Shown here piece after piece: positions 37,927-50,813 of a stretch of DNA of 64,000 nucleotides. Every line of letters starts with the position of its first letter. Positions within the stretch are counted from its first letter, which is position 1. The position numbers were made by a program, and so were the translations under genes. The stretch spans positions 1,178,961 through 1,242,960 of the forward strand of contig NW_019091358.1 of the NCBI RefSeq assembly GCF_001949145.1. Direction: 5' to 3'. Source of the DNA: Acanthaster planci. Lineage: Eukaryota. A model generated the notes under the pieces. The model searched no databases, was not told where the DNA came from, and saw only the letters and a list, made by a program, of their open reading frames with translations.

Positions 37927-40900
37927 GACGGCAACAATGTAAAACAGGCAGTCACGATGAAATTATAAAGTTGAAGTGTTTGGACTGAGTGAAACGAAGG
38001 ATGACACCTCCCTAGCTTTATGAAGACTCTCTGAAGTCCATTTCTACGATCAGGAAAAAAGCAAATCTTGTTTAGCTCCACAATGAGGACATAGAGTTTG
38101 CAAAGCTTCAGAGCAAACACTTATTTCTCCTCGTCATCCCAAGTATTCCCATACAAACCTACCTTCAGGAGAAAAGACAATGCAATGGTAACAATGATAT
38201 TCACAGTTGGCCTTTGTCAGTGGCATCTGACGATCCCCATAAAACACACCCCAATCCTCCCTGGTTTGAACTTTCACAGCAGTAGAGAGTATACGAAAAA
38301 GATCATATCTATAATATCAAAGGTCATGAAACGCCCCTTCTAGTTCAGGTGTTATCTGTGACTGACTGTCACATGCTCACTAGACAAAGGTTGGAATAGG
38401 CCTCGGCCTGCATATTAATGACCCCTGGTTATGGTGATATGTTGATTATACAGGTATGTGATTAGTACGAGTACATTGTATGTATGCTTAGTGGTGCACA
38501 GCACAGAGTGACTCACATGCACCAGGGTCCAAAAGTCATCCATGAAAGTTTCCAAGAGCTGCTCTGCACAGGGCAGTAAACGCTTCTGGCTCGATGATGA
38601 GTGGTTACCAACCAAACCAACATGTTGCGCACACTGTTAGTAACTGGTTCTCAGTGTTCACTGATTTGCTCAGCCCATGGAATTTTAAAGCAAAATTTTT
38701 CAGTTAAGTGTAATATTGGTACCAGTGGGAGTGTAAAGTTGTGCCCATGTCTCAAAATAAATGTTTGCAATATCCCAATTTCAGACTGTCACAATTTTTG
38801 AGTGTCAAAAAATCAACAAACTTCATAAGGGGTACTTCTAATTGAGACATTTGCGATCCCCAACCAGCCAAACTCTGACACCAAAGTCTGTCAGAATCTC
38901 TTAGGATGAGTATTGCGCTAGTAAATTGACTGTTTTAGGCCAAAAAAGTCTCCGGTTTCTGGTTACCGTGCGTCGCCGTAGACCTGCGCGTTGGCAAAAT
39001 AAAGAATTTATTTAATTTGCATAAAACGATTTCCAAAAGCCGCCAAACTTACTTGATCGGCAGGAATTCTGCTACTGCGTAACTTTAACATGTTTTCAAT
39101 GGGTGGGGTGGAGTAATATGTACGGTGAAGGAGTCCCCCTAGGCCTCCATGCATTTCAGTCGGGCACTCTTAACAGATGATGTCATTCGTATATCTTTAC
39201 ACGAAGGCTGTGTCTGAATCAGTTGGCTGCGGCTGGATATCATGCATGATTGTATGGGAACTGGCTGTGGATGCTGCCAAATACTTGGTGATATTCCGGC
39301 CATAGCCAATTGATTCGGACCCAGGCCATCATCTGTGAACCAGACAAACGAAATGGTCTTATGTCCTGCTTACATAAACTAACTGAAAATACTTTTAAGC
39401 AACAAACCGTGAGGGGAGGTAAATACACATGCAGAGCATGCAGTGGCGATGGACATCGCGTTATGACAACCATACATGTAACAACTCATGCATCGTCACT
39501 TGCCAAGAACAAAGGTACACATAGATTAGAGTGAGATGAGATTTTATTTTCTGAGCTGAATTTTTTCCCCAAGATTTTATATGCAATTTGTTTCTAATAA
39601 GCTAAAACAGAAAACAATGTGCACAGTACATCATGTACCTCATGAGAAGTTTATTTTCATTTCGACTCTGTAACTGAAGTGTTTTGATTTATTTTTTTCA
39701 TAGGTTATTTGACGTGCAACTTGTTTCCTCTAAGCTAAAGCAGAAAACTGTTTCCTCTAAGCTAAAGCAGAAAACTATGTGCAAAGGATGTCACCTCATG
39801 AGAATTTCATTTAAAAACCGGGAACTAGAGCTGAACATTTATTTTTCACATATGATTCTCCATGGTTGTGCTACTGTATTTGAACAAGCTCAATCTTGCC
39901 AAGAATTGAAGCCTCTTGCTTGAGTGAGATGACTGAAACCATTGCCTCTCGTCATAGTTTATGGTCTGTTTATTAATTCCAAGTTGTTAATTCACACTTC
40001 TTGTAGTAACAACGCCATGCGCTCTAAAGTATATGTGCATGTACATCTCTTCTAAGTAAGAGATGCACATGCACATATACTTTAGAGCGTCACCGCACCA
40101 TTTTGGAACCCAGCCCGTGACCAGAAGCCAGAATCTTTTGGGGGGGGGGCCTTATGTGGGGTTAGTCACAGGCCTACCACAAATAAATGGAGTCCAACTG
40201 CTTATGAGCAGAGTTCACTTAATAGTGTTGGGATATGCAGCGAGACATGGAACTGGCGAATTGAAAAAATACGGCACTGAACCTCTGGCCCGAACTGAGG
40301 GCTTCCAATTCTCAGCAATTTGGATGCAATCAGGTGCGAAAGTGGTATTATTAAGACATTTTGCAGAGGGATGCATTTTCCAAAAGGGCTACTTTTCCAG
40401 GCAGTAAATATCTTTTTACGGGTGGTCAGCTTTGGGCAAGAAGTTCTCAAAAATTCATCGTCGACCCACAAAAAACTGAAAGAAAAACGAAAGAGGACAC
40501 CCACACATGAATTATTTCTAATGGAGACGCAGGTAGTTATCCTTGAACATGTAATGCAAATGGTTTGAATTGGAATGGAAACAAGATGGATAGCAGTAAG
40601 TCTGCACAAGACTGTTTCCATACCCAAATAGTTGGTGAGGAAGGGGCAAAACCAGTTAGCCGCATCCCCGGTGCACTTTTGCATTGACTGATCGCACCAG
40701 TTAAAATGTAAAGCAGCTGCTCAGGGGCTACTCAGACGCATGACACCCGTTGCTCCCCTCCCAAATCCACCCTAGGGTCTGAAGCGTGCTGAAAGGCTAT
40801 GCGCCATACAGTATATCAGTGCACCTTCCGAATGTTTATCATTGCATTCCAAGTTTTGGAAAAACATTATCACTGAATTCCAAGTTTCAGAGATGCTTAT

Positions 40901-41679
40901 CTTTGAATTCCGAGTTTCAGAGATATCGTCATTGATTTCCCTATTTCCGAAATACATCGTTGAATTCCATGTTTTCAAGATACATTATCTTTCAAGTTTA
41001 CATTTCAGAAATTATCATTGACATCACTGTTTCCACAAAGTGTTATCACTGAATACATGTTTTGGGGATAATTCATTTTTAAAAACAGATTTATCCAGTA
41101 TATGTTTTTCTGTTTCAATGATAAATTAACTCAGAAGCACGCTAACATCGATGGCCATTTAATCTTCCATAGGAGGCCCTCCCATATTGTCACAAAGTTT
41201 TACTTCATTGCTGAATCTAAATTCCAATTGCAGTGGGAAAAACATTTCAATATACACACTGATCTTTTATTAAAGTTTTAAGTAGGCCCACTCGAACAAT
41301 ACCTTAATTAAAAGAAAATTTCCAGTCAATTTAAGTACAAGTAGTTTAATAGTTTATTGAGTGGGCTTTTTTGGAAATTAACGAACATAAATGCCAAAGA
41401 GTCGTTTCACTAGACTTAACCCCCAATATCCAGGGCGCAGCCGTAGGCCCTACTGCCTGCACCCAGCACTTACCCGTGGACATGCTGGAAATGTGGGATC
41501 TGACCGTAACGTCCGCCACGCTCCCAGCACAAGCTATCTACTCTCAAACTTCCAAATAGGCCTGCACACAACTTGTAAGAAGCTTTTAAAATGTGAACGG
41601 GCCCCAAAAGTGAGGATTGGCTTTAATTTTTTTATGCTTTCTCAATTTATTCGGATGTGTGGGTGAATATCGAACCTCA

Positions 41680-41880
41680 TTTACTCACCTGAATATTTTT
41701 TTTACTTCCGACTTCGCCTACAGCTGGTCTCGCTTTGAATGACAGTTCATCGCCGCGCGCCGGCATGGCACCTGTAACCTACCTACGCGTACGTGAGCGC
41801 AAACGTTGAAAGCATGCAGAGTACTGAAAAGCGCCACCAAACGGTAAAGTTCGGAAAATTTTAAAAATGGCGCTCCCCAA
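41680..41880 (-). promoter_or_regulatory. Putative promoter and first exon of the AEPT transcript
   Basis: CpG-rich patch; minus-strand donor CAG|GTGAGT at about 41689; ETS-like ACTTCCG (about 41704); YY1-like AAAATGGCG (about 41864). Assignment to AEPT is inferred from strand and position. Confidence 0.4.
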
Positions 41881-42084
41881 GAGGACAAGCGTTTTCTTAT
41901 TTTCATTGATCAAAAATCCGGTTCATTGCCAAACAGTCACGCAAGTAAGAATACTTTTGCTTTTAATAAAAAGAGTCTTAAAGAGTGTGATAATTACCTG
42001 TCTGAATTCTAAATGTTTTTCCTCTCCTAATTGTGTTTAACAATGAAAAATTTGGCCTAACAACATGATGATCAATAGCCGGTA

Positions 42085-42573
42085 TAGCCCCACTACTAGT
42101 GTGGCACGGACTCTCACTCCCGATCCATCCTTAGCCACACATCCGTATGTGCAATTTCGTGTCGGCGTACTGAACATTTTCGGCGCACCCACTTATCATC
42201 GTGGGCGCAATTTCTTTTGCACACGAACATGATCCTTGACCTTTCCGTTTTCTAAAACCATTTATTGAATGATTTCACTCACGTTATTCAAGTATTTTCC
42301 AGTCTTTTTGCCTTTATCTATTCAATCTAACGGGCTCGCTCTCTCAGTCACCATCTTTAAAATAAGATCGTTGAACAATATGTCACTTGACCTCTTATTA
42401 TCTCGACGGCTCTTCCATGTCAAGACATATGTAATAAACGGACTTGGCGATAAGATACTACATGTAACAATGGGCTTTTCCAAAACTTGACATGGAAGAC
42501 ACAAAATTGCGCATACGGATGTGTGGCTAAGGATGGATTGGGAGTGAGAGTCCGTGCCACACTAGTGGGGCTA
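42085..42573. mobile_element. MITE with about 75-bp terminal inverted repeats
   Basis: tagccccacta(cta)gtgtggcacggactctcactcccgatccatccttagccacacatccgtatg at left; near-perfect reverse complement at 42498-42573. Confidence 0.8.
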
Positions 42574-44132
42574 GATGATCAACAGAATTTTCTGCAAAGT
42601 ACGTTGGACATCCATGGGCATATTTAGTAATTTCAACACAGCATTTATGGAATTCGGGATACAAGGCACTTGTGAACGAAATTTGAGCTGTCTTCGCCAG
42701 GTAAAAATGTGAGAAAAACTGTTGAAAAAAATTTCGAATTGTAGGAGGACATTTATACTCTGGACGTCAGTCGTAGTTAAATGAAGACAACGTCCAACCT
42801 GGGCTAGATGATGATCATGATCATGATCAGATGATGGAGTCCGGATAGCCCAGGTGGATTCCTTGACCGTACTTTCTTAAGGAGGGAGTGCAGGATATAA
42901 AGGGTCTAAAATAGGGCGAAAAATTTTATAACTAAACATTTCAAAAAGAAACCAATTTCACATCTGTAACTCCTATCATTGCCTAAGCATCCTTAGGCCT
43001 ATCTCCAAAGCTGGTGGGTTAAGAAATTTGACACATCACCACAAAAGACAAAAACAACCCAGAAAATAATCTAGGAAGTAGCGTTAACTCTTGCCATTAT
43101 TGTGGACTGTTTTCAGCCGTTCTCCATTGCGGTTCGTACAGTGTGCGCACGCAACTATTCAGCTTACCAGATTCCGAGCTGCATACGTGCACATAAAGCA
43201 TGTGCAATGTGGTTTTTAATTCCTGATTTATAGCATCGCTGTCCCTGTTCATCACAATCATCATGCCCGCAATGTAATCCTCTTTTGTTATTCCTCATTT
43301 ATCAAGATAAATTACTGTTTCATTTTAATAAATATCAGATCTCTATAATATGGTGAATTTTTAAATCTTTAATCAGTAAAAATCTAGAATTAATTAAATG
43401 CTTCAAAGAAATGGTTGATGACTGTTATTCCCAATACAAGCACCCTGCATACCGGTACTTAAGAAGCCAGCTATGCTGACCAAGGTTATTATAAAATAGC
43501 AGGTTGTTTTGCAAACCCAAATGTAAAGCCTAACAAAATATGGACAGTTTAGGGGTATAAACCAATAGTGAGGTTACTGGTCAGTCTGAAGCAAAAAAGG
43601 GAGCTGCAGTTTTGATATCAGCAGGCAGGTTAAAGCTGGGTACCAGTCACAGCCCCTGTGTTCCAGGGGTGCAACAGACCTCCACTGGAAATCGTGCACA
43701 TGTAGTCTCAAGGAGAGACAAGTTGACCGTTGAGACAAGTCGCCCATTGAGACAAATCGTCGGTTGAGCCAAGTTGTCCGCTCAGCCAAGTCATCTGTTG
43801 AGATGTGTGAAATACGTCAAATTCAAAATGTTTAGTGCTGGCTTCATACTTCATACTTGGCATTTTCATGTCGACAGTCCAAGATGAAAACCAAACTGGC
43901 ATCCAGAATTGGGCAGATGTTGGGCTGGGCATTGCCAGAGAGGGAAGGATGCCGCGCCTTTGCACCATCTCTCCCTGTAAAAACTATGCCACCCAGCGCT
44001 ATGTCAGAGTAGAGTTCCAACATCACGTGATGCACACAGTGCTAAACACATAGAGTGGTTTAAATCATGGAGCTGTCTATATTTTGAAAAAGCTCTATTG
44101 TTAAAATACTTGCACCCGCGCTGACCTGGCCA

Positions 44133-44583
44133 CATATGTGACCGGCTCTAGAAAAATGGGTAATAAGTGGCCAGATTCAGGTTACCAGTTTTCAACATGG
44201 CTGAATTGAGTACATCAAAAGCTACAATTTGATGTATGAATGACCCCTGTAGTGCACTGCGTTCCGGAGATATTTAGACATTCGTATATCCACATTTTCG
44301 GATTCAATAAAAGCACTTTTTGAGAAAAAGCTCAGAAAGTGTAGCACTTGGAAACACAATGCTATGTAGGATTTCTTACTCAATGATCAATTTTTCATCT
44401 TTATTCATCAGTATCCATGTTTGTAGTCACAAATTCTGAAAATATAAATGTTATAGAAGCTAATAGAGGAAAAAACACAAAGTCACAATTGTGAAGACAT
44501 TTTGCCCTCTCCAAATAGAACAGGCCATAACATATTTTGGAATTGTGCCACTTATTACCCTTTTTTGCAGAGCGGGTCACATG
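44133..44583. mobile_element. Non-autonomous DNA element with about 35-bp TIRs, apparently nested in an older element (about 43715-44715)
   Basis: atgtgaccggctctagaaaaatgggtaataagtgg / ccacttattacccttttttgcagagcgggtcacat; outer flanks carry inverted gacaa(g/c)tcg-type subterminal repeats. Confidence 0.6.
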
Positions 44584-45137
44584 TTTGACATCTCACACGG
44601 TCGAAGTTGAGTTGTCTTAACGAATGTCTCAGCAAACAGTCGAGTTGTTCCACCGGTGGAGTTGTCAACGGTCGAGTTGGCCTAAGTCCAGTTAGCAAAT
44701 GGTTGAGTTGTCCGGCATCCATCGTGATCATAGCCTTACCAGTTTCGGCCATTGAAACCATGTGAAGTGATACCTAGCCAGCATTATATGAGAATGGGTC
44801 CTGAAAGTAATGATGGAAAGAGTTCCATATACAGACGCCAGTAATTATACCCTAAAGTGACCCATTAGCTGTCAGGAAGCAAAAACATATCCAGAAAAGT
44901 TCAATTTCGGAGGGAAAATACGGAGTCGTTTACTTAGAAAACACTTTTTCAGGCTAGTCTCAAAGAGTCTATGCGCGGGAAGTTACGTGGCGTCCGCATA
45001 TGGAACTCTTTCCATAACGATTGCCAATAACAGCCCCTTGTGCAAGTAGGTGGTCGGAGAACTTGACAAAATTTGCCTTTTCTCTGCAATGACGAGAAAC
45101 TGTGCTTCCTGAAGCACCTGCAACGTCATGTATCCTC

Positions 45138-48100
45138 ATGAATAAAATGTTCACCATTTCCACTCACAACTTGCAGAATGTAAGGACAAGTCTGCAATCG
45201 CTAGCAAGAAGGACAGGCTTCTCTACAACCTGTGCGAGACAGAACACATTCCCTCCAAATTTCTACCACAGAAAGGAAGCGGTGGACGAGGATAGTCCAA
45301 GGACAGGGTTCATTGAGTCCAAGGAAGACTTCAAGTATGTAGAGAGATTGATTCCGCCATTGGAGCCTCCAGGGCCCCCAGTCCACGAGACCTACCCCAC
45401 TCCCTCTGGATGGTCACCACCCAAAGGTGATGAATGACTTGGTGTGCTGTGCCAATTATTTGAATATCGGGATGTTCAATCGAGTATCAAATATTTTGAA
45501 TATTTTATTTCAAAATCATCTAATAATCAAAATAGTGTAGATGAAGGTCAGTGAAATAAACAAGGGAAAAATTCAATTATTTGTGAACAATATTGTATTC
45601 TAAAAGCACATGTCAAGGTGTTACAAGTAAACTAAGAGACCAACTCCAACGATGTTGATTTTTCTCATATTAAATCCTTTTTGGGAGAATCAAGTCTAAT
45701 AAAAGTGGCACATATCAATATCTCCCTTGCAACACACGTTTTGTACCCGGTTTTGTACCCGTTTTTCCTGAGAGTCCAGTCTGCAGTTGTAAAAATAGAC
45801 ATGTCGTCGTGACTCATTAGCATCTAATGAATATTGATTTCTGTTATGTATTACCGTTGGAGAGGAAATACCACAGTGCGTGCGCTATATGCATCCATAG
45901 CATGCATAGCTGCGGACGACAGCACATACTTGAAGAATGCTCTCATTCTTCAGAAACTCAAAGAATTTCAATCCCGGTTCTTTCACAGAATTTCTAGTAC
46001 GTCCACCGAGACGCACAATAAATCATGTAAATCATGAAGAAAGGAGCACAAACTCTCGACCGAAAAGAGATTTTGCGGCACAGTAGAACCTGCACACAGA
46101 TTGATCCCTGACATGTGGTGCACACACACATACCTCCGTTCTCATTTACATGTACGTTCGTGGCGCAACCAGTCGTGCCATGGATACCAGTTTCAGTGGT
46201 TTCTCCAGTATTACATCACACAAATTTCGTTTCTCAACAGCGCCGCCAGCAGTCAGATTGTGGAAATTTTTCATAAAACTCAAAGACAACGTTCAAAAGT
46301 TTCGGCAAAATTACAAAAAAATACAGACGCAATACAAACAGGATTTGGTAATGAATATATGATTTATTAAACACTAAACGCAATAAGAGTTTATTTTCAA
46401 AATATTTAAAACAGTTGGAGTTTGTCTTTAAAGACAGCTGAGTAATTCCTAGTAATGAAACCAGTGATTCTGTGTATATTTCCTTCCAATTCTTTTCTTT
46501 TTTTCTTACATTTGTTAACAAACATTTCACTTTGGTTTCTACTTTTGTGATTGGTTCAGTTGGATGATTTTTGAGGCGATGAGACATTCATAACTTGCAC
46601 CACAAATAAATGGGGAGGTTAGAAATAATCTTTAACAAATCCTCCCTAAATTCAATCTTTAGTGAAGTGGGATTGGAAAATTTTAAGATGTATTAGATGG
46701 TGGAACAGATGAGCTTTGAAGTTCTTCATGGTGAAGGTAGCAAGTTAGTTATAGAGGTTCGCGGTAGCACCATACTAGGATGTCCCCGGTTTCGGTCAGT
46801 ATGCTCTGTCCGTGGTCAGAACCACACATACTCCTTAAAGAGATATCCTTGCATGGTGCTACCCCAAACTTCCACAACAGTCAGGGCCCTGACTCCAATA
46901 ATTAAGCATTTTTAACTAAGTGAAGTTGGTGGCATGTGTGTGTATATGTTTTGTTTTAATAGACACCTGAAACATAGGTATGGATTATTAAAAGTACAGG
47001 TAGAGAAAGGTTTGGTCTGAGGTAATGATTCTGGCGTGACTTTCTTCATTTGAACCTGCTCAGGAACTGATCCAGGCACCCCATACTCTGTACGAAGGAC
47101 ACGATACCACAGCGTACCAGTCTACTTGAAACTGAAGTTTGGCGACAGCCAACAGCTGACCATCGTCAAGAATATAGAGGGCGACGTTTGGGTAGGCCTG
47201 CTGTTAGACATTCATCATACTGTTTGTCTTGTAGAGCTGTTTGCTATTCATTACAGTTACTGCGTCCTTAGAAATACACTCTAGAATTCTTTTGATTTCA
47301 AGACTTCAGGATTTGTGCAGTGTTTATCATGGAATGTGGCACCTTTGTGCAGTTGACAGTTTTACAATAGTTACATTTGCAGCACGGTTAATTTAAATTT
47401 GTCATCCAAAATGTATTACATCATCATAGCACAGTTTTTCCGATACCAGTGTGAACCCAGTCCCCAGTCTTACTAAATTTTGGAATTCGGGAGTCTTGAG
47501 GATTGCCAGTGCCATCAAATTCTCTGCAAACAGTCTGTAAAGTTTCCTTTACGACTCCTGCCAAGTGTTCGATTAGGATGGATTTAGAAAGCATTTTGTG
47601 CAGCTAAAAGTCCATAACAGTTGTCATAATAAAGTTTTTTGTGATATGAGAATGTGGCATGCGCAAGACTGGTACCAAACAACAATCTGGAAGAAGCCAT
47701 TATGCATGTCATGCAGGAAACTATTCATATAAAGCTTTGTGGTCACTTTACCATTTTTCTACCTCAGTATCTAGCAATGTTCTCAGGATACAAATGCAGA
47801 TGGGATTTCAAGCTACTCATGGTGACAGACAACTAAGGTGGAAAGCTTGCGGTAGCACCATGCAAGGATACAATCTCTTTTGTGAGTCTGTATGGTTCTG
47901 ACTCAAGGTTCTTTTCAGAACCAACAGACTCACAAAAGAGATCGTAGCCTTGCGTGGTGCTACCGCAAGCTTTCCACCTTAGGATACAAATAGGAAAGAT
48001 AAACTGTTGAAGAGATGCACTGAAGATAATATCAGGCTTTTAGCTGGAGTCGAAGAGTCAGGCAATTGTGTTTAATTGCACATATAGGATTCAGGTTTAC

Positions 48101-48361
48101 TTCTGAATTGTGGACTGATACAGATAGGTCAGTTACAGCTGAGTTTCTCAAGTGTGCACAGGATCAGCCAGTTGCCGTTCGCTTGGCATGATGTTTGCTT
48201 CTTTTGCTTGGCAGGCTCTGGCAGAGGAGCTAAAGGTCTATCTGGAAGAATTAGCCGGCTACTCCCTCCCCATGAGGGTCCACGAGGTGGGCGGGAGGGT
48301 ACACTTCAAGGGCATGTTCAAGGACGAGGTGAAGAAGTGGCTGCTGGAGAAGGGATTCTGA
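45138..48361 (+). CDS. MRPL49: Mitochondrial ribosomal protein mL49, 3 exons, about 187 aa
   Basis: Exons 45138-45426, 47064-47191, 48215-48361 (564 nt). Basic Ser/Thr-rich N-terminus (transit-peptide-like); motifs FKYVERLIPP, YPTPSGWSPP, PYSVRRTRYHSVPVY, TIVKNIEGDVW, RVHEVGGRVHFKG, WLLEKGF*. The start could instead be ATG 45147. Confidence 0.92.
47833..47982. mobile_element. 150-bp fold-back MITE in MRPL49 intron 2
   Basis: ctaaggtggaaagcttgcggtagcacca...ggttctga, short loop, tcagaacc...tggtgctaccgcaagctttccaccttag; degenerate relative at about 46755-46875. Confidence 0.8.
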
Positions 48362-49720
48362 GAGAGGCACGCTTTGGGGAAGCTGGCCAAAGACCGAGCA
48401 AAGTCGCACCGGTTGCCGTGCCCTGATGTGACAAATGCTTGGCTTATCATCACTCTGCTCCTTGCGGCCATGTTGGTCTTGTACCCAGACTGCAAGGCAC
48501 TGCCTGAGAACTGATTTCAGAACTGTATTTAACTGTACGCCCCTGTATTTCTGTGGTCTGTGCAAAAAGTGGTCGAAGCAGAGGAGGATGAAATATTGAA
48601 GGAAAGGGGGAAGTAATATTTGGTAGAGACTGCTACAAAGGGAAACGACGGCCTCAGAATCTGAAAATTTGCAGGCCAGGAATGAATGTTAAGAGAATAT
48701 AGAAGCAGTTGTCCTCAAACTCAGCTTTTCCTTTTCAAGTTCCCTTTTTTTAACTGTCTTTGGCAGTCCAGGAGAACCCTTTGGATGATCCAACTTCAAA
48801 TAAAGCATTGTCTTCTCATTTCATAACCAAGTAATCAGCCAAACCATTTTGCGGAATGTTCCCTTTGAAATGACTTCCATCTGTTTTTAAGACAAAAAGC
48901 ATTTTTTGAATTGTCCAAAAGCATTAGGACCCGACCCATAAATTCTTTTACTATTAAAAATGTCCCTTAAAGGTTATTCCCTCAAAAATTTTCCCAGATC
49001 AGCAGAACTTTCTGTTAATAACTTCCAATGGATAAGGTTCTTGGAATATTTTTGGAGTGTGTATGATTGTTTGTTTTTTTTCACTGTTGGAAATGGAAAG
49101 TTATTCCCACTCCTGTGTTGCACCCTATGTGTCATGGGTTGTTTTATATTCACCAATTTCAGTAAACAATTCGACAGAATTTTACCAGCCGATTCCACTG
49201 TAAGTTGAGATGGATGAGAGATTCTTTTTCTGATTGATAGTGATTTTAATGAAATACATGTTTTCATGGACGAAGCTGTACGTGCAGACAAAATAATACA
49301 ATGAAAAGAGGTTCTTTTGTCATGCATATTGTCATCTTTGTCCACTGTTGTTTGTTTTTGGTTCTTGTCATAATCTCTGATGTAAAAAATGACCCCTTGG
49401 ACAGATCCAAGTTTTTTCAAGGGAGGGTCTAACCTGTTAGTGCTTTCCACCCTAGTCAGGAAGGTAGTGGAGAGTGTTGGAATTGGTCTGATTTTTCCAC
49501 TAATCAGATTTCGAATGTGGGAAAAGCTGTATTGTTTTCAAAGTAATATTTTTCATAAATATTTATGTGTAAACCAGTGAAACACATTTTAGCCCGGTAC
49601 CTATTCATATCATTAAAGACGGTTGATTTTGAGGTTGGGGAAAGGCTCACAAGGATATCTAGTTCAGGAAAGCGGCTCCACGATTCTTCGCTTCATAGCA
49701 TCCTCGCTCCTTCGAATGCT

Positions 49721-50813
49721 GGTCAACTCGTACGCGTGCCGACTCGCAAGCGCCAACTCATACGCCGACCAACTTTTGTACACCGATAAACTCGTTGGCC
49801 AACCAACTCGTACGCCAAAACGGTACCATTAGTACGACGTGCGTGGATGTGTTTCGTGTTGTCCATGCCCTCTATGGTATGTTCGCTTTCTCTTCCAGCC
49901 TACCCAGTCCGAGAGAAAGTGATGTGTGCCATTGCGTGTATGGATGATTTTGTCGATTAAACTTGAAGTTATCTATGACAAGCCACCGTAGTGAAATAAG
50001 TGGCTCTGTCTTGTATTTACGTTTTTTAATTCATGACGTGCTGCTAATTTACATGACGCCATTTTTGAAAATGGAGTAGTTTCTTAAGTTTGTACTTCTG
50101 AAAAGTGCAGCTGTTAATGCATATGGCAATTTGGTAAAAAAAAACCACGGTTTTCAAGTCGTTTGCCCTCCCACTAACCTCATATAATAAACTAAAGTAA
50201 ACTAAACTAAGAAAAATAAAATAAGTCATCCTATCTTAGATGGTGAGAAGGATTGGATCTATATCTATTGCGTCGTTAGACCACTGAATGACACATCACA
50301 ACGAATTCTATTCGCAACCAAGCAAGAAATACAGAAAACAAACCCCTAACTCCTTTCGAAAGAATATTCTTTGAACTTTTATTCACTCAACCCCATTATT
50401 TGTTTATATTAAATATTCAGTTTCTATCACAACTGTCATAATGAAAGAAAACCTTGCAAATCTTCCACCCACGTCCAGAAACTGTCAATATTTAACTCTC
50501 ACCAATCCTCCCTTTGCTATGCTTCTCTTGCCGAGAGTGGCATAATGTCTCAAGGGCCTACCCCTAAAATAGTCCTGTTCTTTCATAGGCACTCTTGCGA
50601 GAAAGGTTTCAAACTCCCCACCTCCACAGTGACAGATTTCACGTTTGATATGTCTGGAGGCATATCAAGATTGCGTGGACTGGAGGTCTGCCCCTATTTT
50701 AACGATAACCGAGTTAATGATCAACCAACGACTTAAAAACGACAGCCGGTCACGTTTGCGGCGCACGAGTTGGGCAACGTGCGAGTTAAGAGTTGGTTGG
50801 CGCACGAATTGAT
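49721..50813. mobile_element. About 1.1-kb non-autonomous element with repeated inverted subterminal motifs
   Basis: Left (cc)aactcgtacgc repeats 49721-49820; right gcg(c/t)acgagtt(gg) repeats 50750-50813. Confidence 0.5.

Noticed and set aside
1..48361. LRPPRC and MRPL49 as a mitochondrial gene-expression cluster
   Set aside because: Two genes separated by an unrelated gene; compatible with chance given the number of nuclear-encoded mitochondrial genes.
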